Assembly (NCBI GenBank): GCA_046757165.1
Contig: JBHHXT010000012.1
Coordinates: 1 to 50,842 of the forward strand
Reading direction: 5' to 3'
Length of the DNA stretch: 50,842 nt
From: a bacterium
GTDB lineage: Bacteria > Zhuqueibacterota > Zhuqueibacteria > Oceanimicrobiales > Oceanimicrobiaceae
Shown in pieces: positions 20,586 to 29,513 of the stretch. Numbering within the stretch: the stretch's first letter is position 1; each line of letters starts with the position of its first letter. The notes beneath the pieces were generated by a model. The model saw nothing but the letters and a program-made list of their open reading frames with translations, did no database searches and was not told the origin of the DNA. Position numbers and translations under genes: made by a program.

Positions 20586-22973
20586 TCAGAAACGTCTGCG
20601 TTTTTGGATGAAAAAGGTGGCCGTCCCTCCGGCCAGGAAAATCAAAAGTCCTACCAACATGGAGGCGTCAGCTTTGAGCGTCCTGGGCAATTCGTAAGCC
20701 TGGTGCAGAGTATTCTGGTTTTGTCCAAATTGCTGTCCCCAGATGACCGAGCCTTTCGGCACCAGGCTATTGGTCTTGTACTGGAAAACAATGCCCGTGT
20801 GCGTGATCGAGAAGATATCCAACATGCCGTCGTTTTGCAGATCTGCGGCCAGAGGCATGCTGGTCAATATGGCCGACGACTGTTCACTTTTATTCAAGTT
20901 GACGCCGGTCTTGCCATCTAGAATCCAGAGAACCCCATCTTCATCGTTGAACACCACCTCGGCCGCCTGGTCTTTGTTGATATCTCCGACCATGAAGCTT
21001 TGAACCGCTGATGGCTTGTCCGGTTGGTTGCGCCACAGGAGCTGTGCGTGCTGGTCCTGCCCGCTGCCAGCATAAGCCCTGATCTCACCCTGCTCCGAAA
21101 GTGCAACGATATCCATGTGGTCGTCGCCATCAAAATCGCCGACCGCAAATGGAAAGGAGCTCCCGGTGTTCAGAGAGAGATCCCCTGTCAGGATGTCATG
21201 CCATAACCTTTGTTGGGTGACACCGTCGATTGCCACAAGACGGCCCTGCACGGTGCTGATAACCAGGTCCAGCCGGCCGTCGTTATTCAAGTCGGCCACG
21301 CCGACAGGATATCGAATCTGGTTGTCTTCATAGAAGGTCCCAAGCGCCCGGTTCAGCACCTCGTTGACATCGATGGTGCCGAGGACGTTGCGGTTTGCCC
21401 CATCCAGTAGGAAGACGATGCCGCGTTCCGAGCCGCAGATCAGCTCAGAGTCGCCATCGCCGTCCAGGTCCGAGCTGGTCAGGGGAGAGCGGATCGGGAT
21501 GCCCGTGCTGATGGCGGTCCATTCGACGGAGATGACCTGGTTGTAGCCGACGTGGACCGTACCCGTCACGTCCGCGATGGCGACGTCATTCAAACCGTCG
21601 CCGTCGAAATCGTCCACCACCGCCGGGCCGGTCAACTTCTGGTTGAAAAACGGACTGAGCCAGATTTCGGCGCCATGCTTGCCGTCGATCGCGACCAGCC
21701 GGCCATCGTGGCTGAGGTAGATGACATCGAGCAAGCCATTCTGGTTGACGTCAGCCGCCACCAGGGGGGAGGAGGTCGAGGCCGGCATCGTATCGATGAT
21801 CCAGCGCGGCAATTTGGTTGCGCCGTCGATGAGGATGGGCTTACTGGTGATGTTGGTGGTGGCGATATCAAGAACCCCATCGCCGTTGAAATCAGCAACC
21901 GCCGGAACCAACCGAAAGAACCGGTCCTGCTCGGAAGCGTTGAACTGGTCGTTCTGGAAGGTCAAGCTCTTGTCCGTTGACCAGTAGCTTAGCTCCAGTG
22001 AGAGTGGACTCGGCTGTTGGGTTAGCATGGCGCGCTCGATGAACCCACTTGCCATGAAGAACAGGCCGGTTAGAAACGCAAGCGTCACCAGCCCGGCCGC
22101 AAACTTCGATTGATAACGCACCCACCAGACGCCGGCCCGTTTGGGCGGCTTGAAGTCATTGCTTCCCTCCTCAACGAAGCGAAAGATGGTACTCTGCTGG
22201 TCGCTGACGACCTCGACCTCATCGTTGGGAAACAGCTCGACTTCCGAATCCACCGGCACGACCTCACGGTTGACATATGTCCTGGTTTTGCTGCGTTTAT
22301 CCGCGACAAAGAAGGAGCCATCCTTGTGAATGATCATCGCGTGCCGACGCGAGATGCTCTGATCCGGTTCACCATTCCTGTTCTTGTCCAGGACGATGTC
22401 GTTCAGATTTTCATCTCGCCCAATTTTGGTCTCATGGTGGCGAAGCTGGTAACGTTTGCCCTGATAAGGGCCGTAAATTGCCAGGAGCTGGTACGGGATG
22501 GTGTCGCTTTTCTCGAACGAGCTCTGGCGCAGCAGCGAGAGTGACTCCTTGCGAACCCGATCTTCAAGCACGTCCAGACGCTTTTGTTCTTCGAGCGTCG
22601 GCTCTGCCAGGTTGGGCTCTTGCGCGTTTACAGGGTCGGACTCGTCATCACTTAGCAGGGACAGCCCCACTTTTTCCAGTGGATTGTCAAAAACAATGGT
22701 GTGGTCGCCAAGTTGAATTTGATCCCCATCCTTGAGTTCGGAGATATCTTCAATCCGCTCACCATTGACAAACGTTCCAAAGGCACTCTTCAAATCCCGG
22801 ATGAAAAACCGGTTGCCGGTTCGCTCGATCCGGGCGTGCGTTATCGAAACCAGGCGATCATCGATGCTCAAATCGTTTTGTCTTTCCGAACCAATACTAT
22901 AAGACGCTTGCGAGGTTTTCAAGTCACATTCGCGCACAACTTCTGCTTTCCTCTTAACGATTAGCTTCGGCAT
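20586..22973 (-). CDS. FHA-FHA-TM-FG-GAP/VCBS beta-propeller-TM protein
   Basis: Two FHA-like domains (VSITHA...GTFVNG; IGR...SRRHA), a TM, about 7 DxDGDGxxD-type repeats, then a C-terminal TM and KRRR. Confidence 0.88.
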   Translation of the reverse strand: MPKLIVKRKAEVVRECDLKTSQASYSIGSERQNDLSIDDRLVSITHARIERTGNRFFIRDLKSAFGTFVNGERIEDISELKDGDQIQLGDHTIVFDNPLEKVGLSLLSDDESDPVNAQEPNLAEPTLEEQKRLDVLEDRVRKESLSLLRQSSFEKSDTIPYQLLAIYGPYQGKRYQLRHHETKIGRDENLNDIVLDKNRNGEPDQSISRRHAMIIHKDGSFFVADKRSKTRTYVNREVVPVDSEVELFPNDEVEVVSDQQSTIFRFVEEGSNDFKPPKRAGVWWVRYQSKFAAGLVTLAFLTGLFFMASGFIERAMLTQQPSPLSLELSYWSTDKSLTFQNDQFNASEQDRFFRLVPAVADFNGDGVLDIATTNITSKPILIDGATKLPRWIIDTMPASTSSPLVAADVNQNGLLDVIYLSHDGRLVAIDGKHGAEIWLSPFFNQKLTGPAVVDDFDGDGLNDVAIADVTGTVHVGYNQVISVEWTAISTGIPIRSPLTSSDLDGDGDSELICGSERGIVFLLDGANRNVLGTIDVNEVLNRALGTFYEDNQIRYPVGVADLNNDGRLDLVISTVQGRLVAIDGVTQQRLWHDILTGDLSLNTGSSFPFAVGDFDGDDHMDIVALSEQGEIRAYAGSGQDQHAQLLWRNQPDKPSAVQSFMVGDINKDQAAEVVFNDEDGVLWILDGKTGVNLNKSEQSSAILTSMPLAADLQNDGMLDIFSITHTGIVFQYKTNSLVPKGSVIWGQQFGQNQNTLHQAYELPRTLKADASMLVGLLIFLAGGTATFFIQKRRRF

Positions 22974-23065
22974 GCAACTGGTCTCCTTTGGCTTGGGTTC
23001 TGGAATCGCTTAGTCCCTGACAAGTCAATTTGTGTCATTTTTTGGCAAGACTTTTTGTAGTTCAG

Positions 23066-23103
23066 TTTTTTCGATTTTAGAGTTTTGGATTTCGAATTTC
23101 CGG
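23066..23103. repeat. Dispersed intergenic repeat, copy 2
   Basis: TTTTTTCGATTTTAGAGTTTTGGATTTCGAATTTCCGG; matches 13873-13915. Confidence 0.65.
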
Positions 23104-23118
23104 CTTGTCCGGCTTAGG

Positions 23119-25806
23119 TTATCTCAAGGCTGTCAATCTAAAGGTTAATCGGTTCATCTTTTCAGGGCGCAACGTGATGCTTTTCCGTTGCATCTGGTAT
23201 CCGCCTTTGCTGACGGTCACTTCGTAGACCCCCGGGATCAATTTGCCGTTGATCTTGCCACTGGCGTCTGTGATGCCGAGAATCTGTTCCGGAGCGGTGC
23301 TGGCCTCAGGGCGGTAGGAGATTCGGGCGGTGTTGATCGGCGCACTGGTGATGGCATCAATCGCCTCGACTGTCAGCTCGTAGTAGAGCGGCCGCATCTT
23401 GGCGACCACGGACTTATCCTGTGGCGTAATCTCAATCTCTGTGTCGTGGTAGCTTGATCTGCGCAGCAGAGCTGTGTACGTATAGGGCAAAAGCTCCACA
23501 ACAGCGGGCGTACGTTTATTGTAGGTTTTGGCTTTATTGTTCAAGGTCAGCGAGACGACTTTGGCGCCCAGGTCCCGGTCCACGCCCGAAAGCGCATCTT
23601 TGGCAAAAATACGCACCAGACGGCTCAGGTCCCGATGGACCGCACTCCTGGTTTTTTCATCAACCGTAATCATGAAATTTCTGGCAAGGTAGCCTTCTTT
23701 GCGCAGGGTGAAGCGGTGCTTGCCAATCGTCAGCATCATGTTGCCACTGATGCCCGTCACACCGACAGGTTTTTCGCTGTCATTGTAGTAGATATCTGCC
23801 AGACGCGGTTTGGAGCTAATTGTGATGCTCTTATGAAACACGCCTTCGAGCAGGTAATGAGCTTTGCCCGCAATCGGCCGGCTGACTTTCCAGAATCGGC
23901 GATCCACGATCGTTTCTTTGCCAGTCAGCGAGTTGATGCCGAGACCGGTGAGCTTTGGCAGCCCTGAAAGCTCCAGCTCGATCTGCGCTGGTTGGTCAGA
24001 GACGTCCCAGAAAACTGTGGCCGGCGTGGTCTGGTTGAGGCTGATGCCATCGATGATGATCTTCGCCCCGTCCGGCTGCGAGGTGAGATCCAGCCGGCTC
24101 TTGAATCTCAGGACATAAGGTTGGTTCGCGTGCCGCTTCGCCTCACCTGAGAGCCGCAGCTCACCCTTGCGTGGCACATTGATGGACTTCACGATCGACT
24201 CATATTGTGGCAACGTCAGCATCAACTTATGCACACCCGGAGAAATCTCATCCAAACTCAAGGGCGTGGTCTGCGAGAGAAGCTGGTCGTCGAGATAAAC
24301 GTTCGCATCCGACGGCACCGATACAATCCTGATGGCCGGAGGAAAAAGGAAATCGTAGATGCCGGTGCCGAACGGGGTCAGGTTCGCGAACGTGTCGACA
24401 ACCGTGAATGAAAGAAACGAAACGAACAGGGTCAGCACGCCGACAATGATTGACTTCTGATGCGCGCGTGCGGATAAGCGAACCACATCGATGATGGTTC
24501 TTTGATTGTCATCATCATCTTCTTCCACGAAACTGTAATAGCTGGACGTGCTTTCGGGCTCCGTCGCGGTTTCGACGAAGTCCGGCTCAACTGGCTCTTG
24601 AGGTGGTTCCTGCTGTTCGTCCTGCTCTGCCTGGTTGTCGTGTGGGGACAAGTCGTCGGAAACATCCGTCTGCTCTTGCGATGAGGCTGGCTCTGCCTCT
24701 TCTTCAAAATGCCCCTGTTCAGCGGGTTGCGGTTCCGTTTCCGGTGGCTCGGCGACTGTCTCCTGAGCGGGAACCAGGTTGTCTTCCGTGGCGGTTTCTA
24801 ACGGGTCAACGACCCCGGCAGGTGTCTTCTCGGTTTCGGGGGCCCCTGGGAGTTCAATTTCATCTTCTTCGATTGAATCCGGGTCGACCGCTTCGATGAA
24901 GCTGATGAGCTCGCTCATGAAATTCGCGGTGGGGGCGGTCAAGATAAGGTGGTGCATCAAATCACGGTACATATCGTTAGCCGACGGATAACGGTCGGCC
25001 GGATTGTGCTGCAGCGCCTTGCAGGTGATCTGCTGAAGTTTTTCAGGGATTTCGTTTTTTTCCAGTCTCGAAAGGTCGTAGCTGCCGACAATGAGCGTTT
25101 CGACGATCTCTTGCGTCGTGTTGCACCGAATCAGCCGTTCTCCTGTCAAAATTTCGAACAAGACCACGCCAAGCGCGAAGATATCTGCCCGGCGGTCGAT
25201 GATGTCTGCCTGTCTGGCTTGCTCAGGCGCCAGGTAGCGGATATTGCCTTGAATTTGCACTTCGTTGAATTTGCGCTCATGGGAATTGAGAAAGTTGGCC
25301 ATGCCAAAATCGATTATCTTGACTTCTCCCGACCGGGTGAGCATGATATTGGCCGGAGAGACATCCTTGTGGATGAGGTGGAGCGGTTCTTTGGTTTCTG
25401 GATCGCGGCGGTTGTGCGCATAGTTCAATCCGCTACAGATTTCAGAAATGATGTGGGCGGCCAAATGGGCCGGTAGCTGTTGGTTGTTTTTGCGGCAGGC
25501 GCGCAGGACGCGCATCAGATCGAACCCGTCGATGTACTCCATAATGATGTAGATCTGCCCGGTTTCGGCGCGGCGAATATCATAAACCTGTACGATGTTT
25601 TGGTGATTCAAGCGCGCCACGTTCATCGCTTCCTGCTGGAACATGTCGACGTATTTTGCCTCTCCCAGCAGCTCAGGGTCGATAGCCTTGATGGCGACGG
25701 CTTTGCCGAAGTTGGTATCCAACCCCTGATAGATGATGCCAAAGCCACCACGTTTGATTTCTCTCTGGATTTCGTATTTACCGCTGATGACTGTGCCGAC
25801 ACTCAT
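23119..25806 (-). CDS. Hanks-type Ser/Thr kinase with acidic linker, TM and PEGA-like repeats
   Basis: RGGFG, VAIK, alphaC Glu (QEA), HKDVSPAN, DFG, APE, ADIFALG. PEGA-like units SVPSDANVYLD and SQPDGAKIIIDG. Confidence 0.93.
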   Translation of the reverse strand: MSVGTVISGKYEIQREIKRGGFGIIYQGLDTNFGKAVAIKAIDPELLGEAKYVDMFQQEAMNVARLNHQNIVQVYDIRRAETGQIYIIMEYIDGFDLMRVLRACRKNNQQLPAHLAAHIISEICSGLNYAHNRRDPETKEPLHLIHKDVSPANIMLTRSGEVKIIDFGMANFLNSHERKFNEVQIQGNIRYLAPEQARQADIIDRRADIFALGVVLFEILTGERLIRCNTTQEIVETLIVGSYDLSRLEKNEIPEKLQQITCKALQHNPADRYPSANDMYRDLMHHLILTAPTANFMSELISFIEAVDPDSIEEDEIELPGAPETEKTPAGVVDPLETATEDNLVPAQETVAEPPETEPQPAEQGHFEEEAEPASSQEQTDVSDDLSPHDNQAEQDEQQEPPQEPVEPDFVETATEPESTSSYYSFVEEDDDDNQRTIIDVVRLSARAHQKSIIVGVLTLFVSFLSFTVVDTFANLTPFGTGIYDFLFPPAIRIVSVPSDANVYLDDQLLSQTTPLSLDEISPGVHKLMLTLPQYESIVKSINVPRKGELRLSGEAKRHANQPYVLRFKSRLDLTSQPDGAKIIIDGISLNQTTPATVFWDVSDQPAQIELELSGLPKLTGLGINSLTGKETIVDRRFWKVSRPIAGKAHYLLEGVFHKSITISSKPRLADIYYNDSEKPVGVTGISGNMMLTIGKHRFTLRKEGYLARNFMITVDEKTRSAVHRDLSRLVRIFAKDALSGVDRDLGAKVVSLTLNNKAKTYNKRTPAVVELLPYTYTALLRRSSYHDTEIEITPQDKSVVAKMRPLYYELTVEAIDAITSAPINTARISYRPEASTAPEQILGITDASGKINGKLIPGVYEVTVSKGGYQMQRKSITLRPEKMNRLTFRLTALR

Positions 25807-25932
25807 ATCGTTGCCTCAACTCCTTTGATTAAACGTTCAGATGTGTGCTCCTGGCCGATGGTCGAATTTGTTTAAAAGTCTTGGGATAGAGATGAACAAG
25901 TGTATCCAACGCAGGTATCTCATTTTTAAAAA

Positions 25933-25948
25933 TGCAATTCGTATGCCA
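25933..25948 (-). promoter_or_regulatory. sigma54 -24/-12 promoter of the kinase operon
   Basis: TGGCATACGAATTGCA (GG-N10-GC), close to consensus. Confidence 0.85.
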
Positions 25949-26034
25949 GCAGCGTAACGGCATGAAAATCGAGTAATTACAGCAAAACCGGTTTTTGTTC
26001 CTGCTGTCTCAACCCACGACATTTGAAGGGTTCT

Positions 26035-26051
26035 TGTTTCCGTCTGAAACA
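26035..26051. promoter_or_regulatory. Putative enhancer (bEBP site), copy 1
   Basis: TGTTTC-CGTCT-GAAACA, 88 bp upstream of the -24 GG. A weaker TGT-N11-ACA site is at 26005-26021. Confidence 0.75.
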
Positions 26052-26229
26052 GGGGTCCTTTTGCTGCAAGCGGCGTGGCCGGTGCACCGGTGCTACAAGC
26101 CGACAACATTGTGTTTTTGGACAAGGTGTTGAAAATTCCAAAAAACAAAAACCCAATCCCCGTTTTTTGCGGGGCTTCGCCGTTTCGCCGCGCTAGGCTC
26201 CCATGTTGAGTCGCGAACTTCTCGATGTC

Positions 26230-27822
26230 TCACGAACGTTTGCGCGAGCGGTCCTGCTCAACAATTTCAATCTGAACCGGCACCGTCTTGACGTCGGACA
26301 GGTACTTATTGACTATATTTGCAGTCAAGCTATCTGCGTATTTATTCTTGCTGTGGAGGTGCTTGATCATTCGATAAACTCGCATGGCCTGTGCGTCCTG
26401 GCGATTCTCGTGATAGTAGAGCCGGGCGAGCGCCGGGTAGAGCCAGAGCCTGTGCGGATGTTTGAGAAGCATGCTTTCATAGATGGGAGCGGCCCGTTGT
26501 CTCTGGCCAAGCAAGACAAAAAGGCGCGCACGAGCCACGGGAGACACCAGAATGAACCCGAGCAGGGGGAGCAGAAGAGCGCCGGTCAGGAGGCTGCTCA
26601 CCAGAAGGGCTCTGGAGGCATTGCCAGGCTGTTCTGGGACCTCCGTTGCCCCGATAGGGTTGTCTGATCTGCTGTGGCGAAGTTGCCGTTGCGGCGATCT
26701 TGCCTGCGGGGCTACCGGTCGATCTTTGTGCCCGGTCAGGCGTGGGCGAGGGACGAGCTGTGCGGGCGGGCTGTCGAGAATAGGTTGCCGGGTGGGCGCC
26801 AAGTGCCTGACTTTTCGAGAAATAGGGCGTTCCGTTGTGACCGGGCGGGCCGGCAAGGTCTCTGCGGTAGGAGGGACGGTGGCAGCCCCCATTGCATCAG
26901 GTGGCTCGTCGTTCACGGGCAACGCTGGGGGGGTGTCGCGCGTGCCGCTCCTTTTGACTGCAACGGCGTTCTCCGGCTCGGCGGTCCCACCGTCAGCGTC
27001 CTCTGGCGGATCGTAAGCTGGCACGCTCGTCCCGGAGTCGTTTGTCTTGAATGTGCCTGTAACGCGGGTATTGGCCGGGGGAGCCTCAAAGATGTCTTGC
27101 AGAATTTCCGTTGAGCTTAACGAGTCTATCTTCTCCTGAACGTCCCGAAACCCTGGCATAACCCGGTCGATTTTTTCGTAGAGCGCTTTTGCTTGTTCCA
27201 CCTGGCCGTTGAGCTGCGCGTCCTCAGCCGCCAGGTATATTTTGTTCAGCTCGATGGCTCGCGCCGCCGCCTCCGTCAGCTGGTTGTAGAGGACCTCGTG
27301 CTCAGGCTTGACCTGCCGGCATTGCGACAGCTCGGTCATAGCGGCCTCGAATTGATTGCGCTGGTAGAGGATTTTCCCGAGCTCAAATGAGATCTCGCTT
27401 TTCAAGGCTTGCGACCGAGTGAGATTTCTTGCCCCTCTGAAGGCATCTTCACACGCCTTCATTTCATTCAGATATTGATAGGTCGAGCCTAACTCGTAGA
27501 GAATCTGCGATTTTAGTTCAGTATCGATAACAGCCAGACGAGCCGTGTACGCTCTCTTGAGATACTTTTTGGCTTGCTGGAATTGCTGCAGACCCTGATG
27601 TGCTCGTCCCAGGCTCAGCAGTGCCTCGACATACTTTGGATCGAATTCAATGGCCTTTTGCAGCGCGTTGATTCTGGCGTTCAGATTTTCCTTCCGCAAG
27701 GCGTTTCGGTACCATTTGACCGCTTCGCGGTTGTGTGATTGCGGTTTCAGTGTTGCTGGAGGACTGATGAAGATCAAGCAGAAGATGACAAGTTTTACCA
27801 ATCTCTTGTAGGGAGCCGTCAT
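26230..27822 (-). CDS. Exported TPR protein with Pro/Thr-rich linker, TM and cytoplasmic TPR tail (paralog of 16943-18802)
   Basis: PQSHNREA, KAIEFDPKYVEALLSLG and LPLLGFILVSP..RAR align with the 16943-18802 product. Start chosen at ATG 27822, which gives a signal peptide. Confidence 0.85.
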   Translation of the reverse strand: MTAPYKRLVKLVIFCLIFISPPATLKPQSHNREAVKWYRNALRKENLNARINALQKAIEFDPKYVEALLSLGRAHQGLQQFQQAKKYLKRAYTARLAVIDTELKSQILYELGSTYQYLNEMKACEDAFRGARNLTRSQALKSEISFELGKILYQRNQFEAAMTELSQCRQVKPEHEVLYNQLTEAAARAIELNKIYLAAEDAQLNGQVEQAKALYEKIDRVMPGFRDVQEKIDSLSSTEILQDIFEAPPANTRVTGTFKTNDSGTSVPAYDPPEDADGGTAEPENAVAVKRSGTRDTPPALPVNDEPPDAMGAATVPPTAETLPARPVTTERPISRKVRHLAPTRQPILDSPPAQLVPRPRLTGHKDRPVAPQARSPQRQLRHSRSDNPIGATEVPEQPGNASRALLVSSLLTGALLLPLLGFILVSPVARARLFVLLGQRQRAAPIYESMLLKHPHRLWLYPALARLYYHENRQDAQAMRVYRMIKHLHSKNKYADSLTANIVNKYLSDVKTVPVQIEIVEQDRSRKRS

Positions 27823-27928
27823 TGCGGTTCGGTGGTCGTTTACAAGGTTAAGAATCGTCTCCGGTGTTAAAGTCGTTCTTTGCCGGGTTATCTCCAAGAC
27901 AGCATGTTGAGGATGGCAAGTGTCGGTT

Positions 27929-27944
27929 TACAAATACTGTACCA
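27929..27944 (-). promoter_or_regulatory. sigma54-type promoter (variant -12 TTGT)
   Basis: TGGTACAGTATTTGTA(AACC), nearly identical to the promoter at 29342. Confidence 0.7.
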
Positions 27945-28029
27945 AAAGGACAAGATCTCACCGTCGAGCAGAACTGAACCTGATGAGCATCTGACGTGAA
28001 CGGACTTGAGCGCTTGTATCTCACTTTTT

Positions 28030-28046
28030 TGTTTCATGCTGAAACA
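28030..28046. promoter_or_regulatory. Putative enhancer (bEBP site), copy 2
   Basis: TGTTTC-ATGCT-GAAACA, 87 bp upstream of the GG at 27943. Confidence 0.75.
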
Positions 28047-28220
28047 GCGATGACGTTTTTGTGAGCAAAGAAGATTCAGGAGTTTTTTTTTACGCAGATA
28101 AGTGCATTTAGCCTTAGATTAAGATTTTAGATTGTGGCTCATGTACTCAAATAAAACACGTCATCTTTTGGTTCAAATGCGTCCAGTTTCCTGATGTTTG
28201 CACAGAAGAAGGGGAAAGTT

Positions 28221-29210
28221 ATGGTGCATCTGTTGTTGGCTTTCACGCTTTTGCTCTCCGCACGCGGGTGGGAAGAAGCCTCTGCCCGGTACTCGGGCAA
28301 TCCGAAAGAAAAGAAGTATAAGGAAAAATGTTGGTCGAAGAATAATGAGCGTACTTTGCTGGGACTGATGGAAAGGGTCATCCAGAAACCGATGGAGACG
28401 GTTTACCGGAATGACAATTATATCCAAACCTTTGGCTGCGCTTACGAAGATGACGACATCGAGCAAAACTCGTTTCGGGCCGTGTTCCGCGCCATCGACC
28501 AGTCGCTGCGAAATCGTCGCATTACGGCTCGTGACAACGTGATTGGGTTGTTGCGCTCGCGCCCCCCTCGCCCGGATAATCTGGCGAGGGAATATACGCT
28601 ATACGTCAATCTTGTGAAGAATTCCAAGGTGCAACAGGCCAGATATGAAGTGAAAATACTGGATCTGAAGGTCGTGCCCACGTTCGAATCGCGCCGGTCT
28701 GTTTGGACGCGAGTCATCACGCGCTACGCCTATCAGGAGGATTTCAAGAATGCGCCTACGCCCATCGACACGCCCTCTGAGTTTGTCAACATCATGCAAC
28801 TGGCAGAAGAGATTCTGGAGGCGGCAGGCAAAGGGAAGTTCAAGAAAGTGAATGAGTTGATTTCTGGCACAAAGAAGCCCACTTTTCATCCTACGGACCT
28901 TCGGGAGTTGGTCTTTGGAGATTATCTTCGTCTTTTTTCAGAAAAGCAGCCTGTGATTGGGGAGGTCCCCGCTATATACATCGGCAAAGGAATCTACATT
29001 GCCAAAATCCCGAAGTTTGGATCGACCATCCTGAAATTTGGTGAGGAGCATTTGTTTGGTTTGCGACTGGATACGAGCTCGTTTCACAGAAATAGCAGCT
29101 TGTTCGCAAATATTCAATACAGGGCTCCCGAGTCGGTGTTGCAGTGCTTGCTTTTGCGGTTTGGCCACAAAAAACCTTTGCATCTTCCTGATTTGACTTC
29201 AGTCAACTGA
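28221..29210 (+). CDS. Hypothetical exported protein
   Basis: Long ORF. ATG 28221 follows AAGGGG and gives a hydrophobic N-terminus (MVHLLLAFTLLLSA). No family recognised. Confidence 0.7.
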   Translation: MVHLLLAFTLLLSARGWEEASARYSGNPKEKKYKEKCWSKNNERTLLGLMERVIQKPMETVYRNDNYIQTFGCAYEDDDIEQNSFRAVFRAIDQSLRNRRITARDNVIGLLRSRPPRPDNLAREYTLYVNLVKNSKVQQARYEVKILDLKVVPTFESRRSVWTRVITRYAYQEDFKNAPTPIDTPSEFVNIMQLAEEILEAAGKGKFKKVNELISGTKKPTFHPTDLRELVFGDYLRLFSEKQPVIGEVPAIYIGKGIYIAKIPKFGSTILKFGEEHLFGLRLDTSSFHRNSSLFANIQYRAPESVLQCLLLRFGHKKPLHLPDLTSVN

Positions 29211-29240
29211 GTAGTTAAAAAAAGGCGGCGTTAGAGCAAG

Positions 29241-29257
29241 TGTTTCATAACGAGACA
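29241..29257. promoter_or_regulatory. Putative enhancer (bEBP site), copy 3
   Basis: TGTTTC-ATAAC-GAGACA, 86 bp upstream of the GG at 29343. Confidence 0.75.
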
Positions 29258-29341
29258 TGGGTTCCATCGGTCAGGCAAGCGACGGCGCTCTAACTTCAAA
29301 TTAATTAACCGAATAAACTGAAGAATGCCTGCCGCCTACGC

Positions 29342-29357
29342 TGGCACAGTATTTGTG
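29342..29357 (+). promoter_or_regulatory. sigma54-type promoter (variant -12 TTGT)
   Basis: TGGCACAGTATTTGTG(AACC). Confidence 0.72.
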
Positions 29358-29513
29358 AACCAAATGGCTTATTTTGTACCTGCACTCCGAATTCCGATTC
29401 TTGCCGGGAGGTGAGATGTCGTATTGACCCGGGCTCTTGCTCAGGCTGGACAAGAGGGGACGTCCGGGGGCCGGTGGCTATTGGTGCCCGGGCTAACCTG
29501 AATCAGAGGACTG

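Noticed and set aside
20586..20700. LPxTG-like sortase signal (LPRTL + TM + KRRR)
   Set aside because: The Gly is missing, no sortase is nearby, and TolC indicates a diderm cell. Treated as a simple TM anchor.
25810..26229. ORF 25837-26148 or a c-di-GMP riboswitch upstream of the kinase
   Set aside because: The ORF overlaps the sigma54 promoter and enhancer; no GEMM consensus found.
13919..27822. Type VI secretion locus, suggested by kinase + PP2C + FHA
   Set aside because: No TssB/C, Hcp, VgrG, TssL/M or ClpV recognisable in the window.
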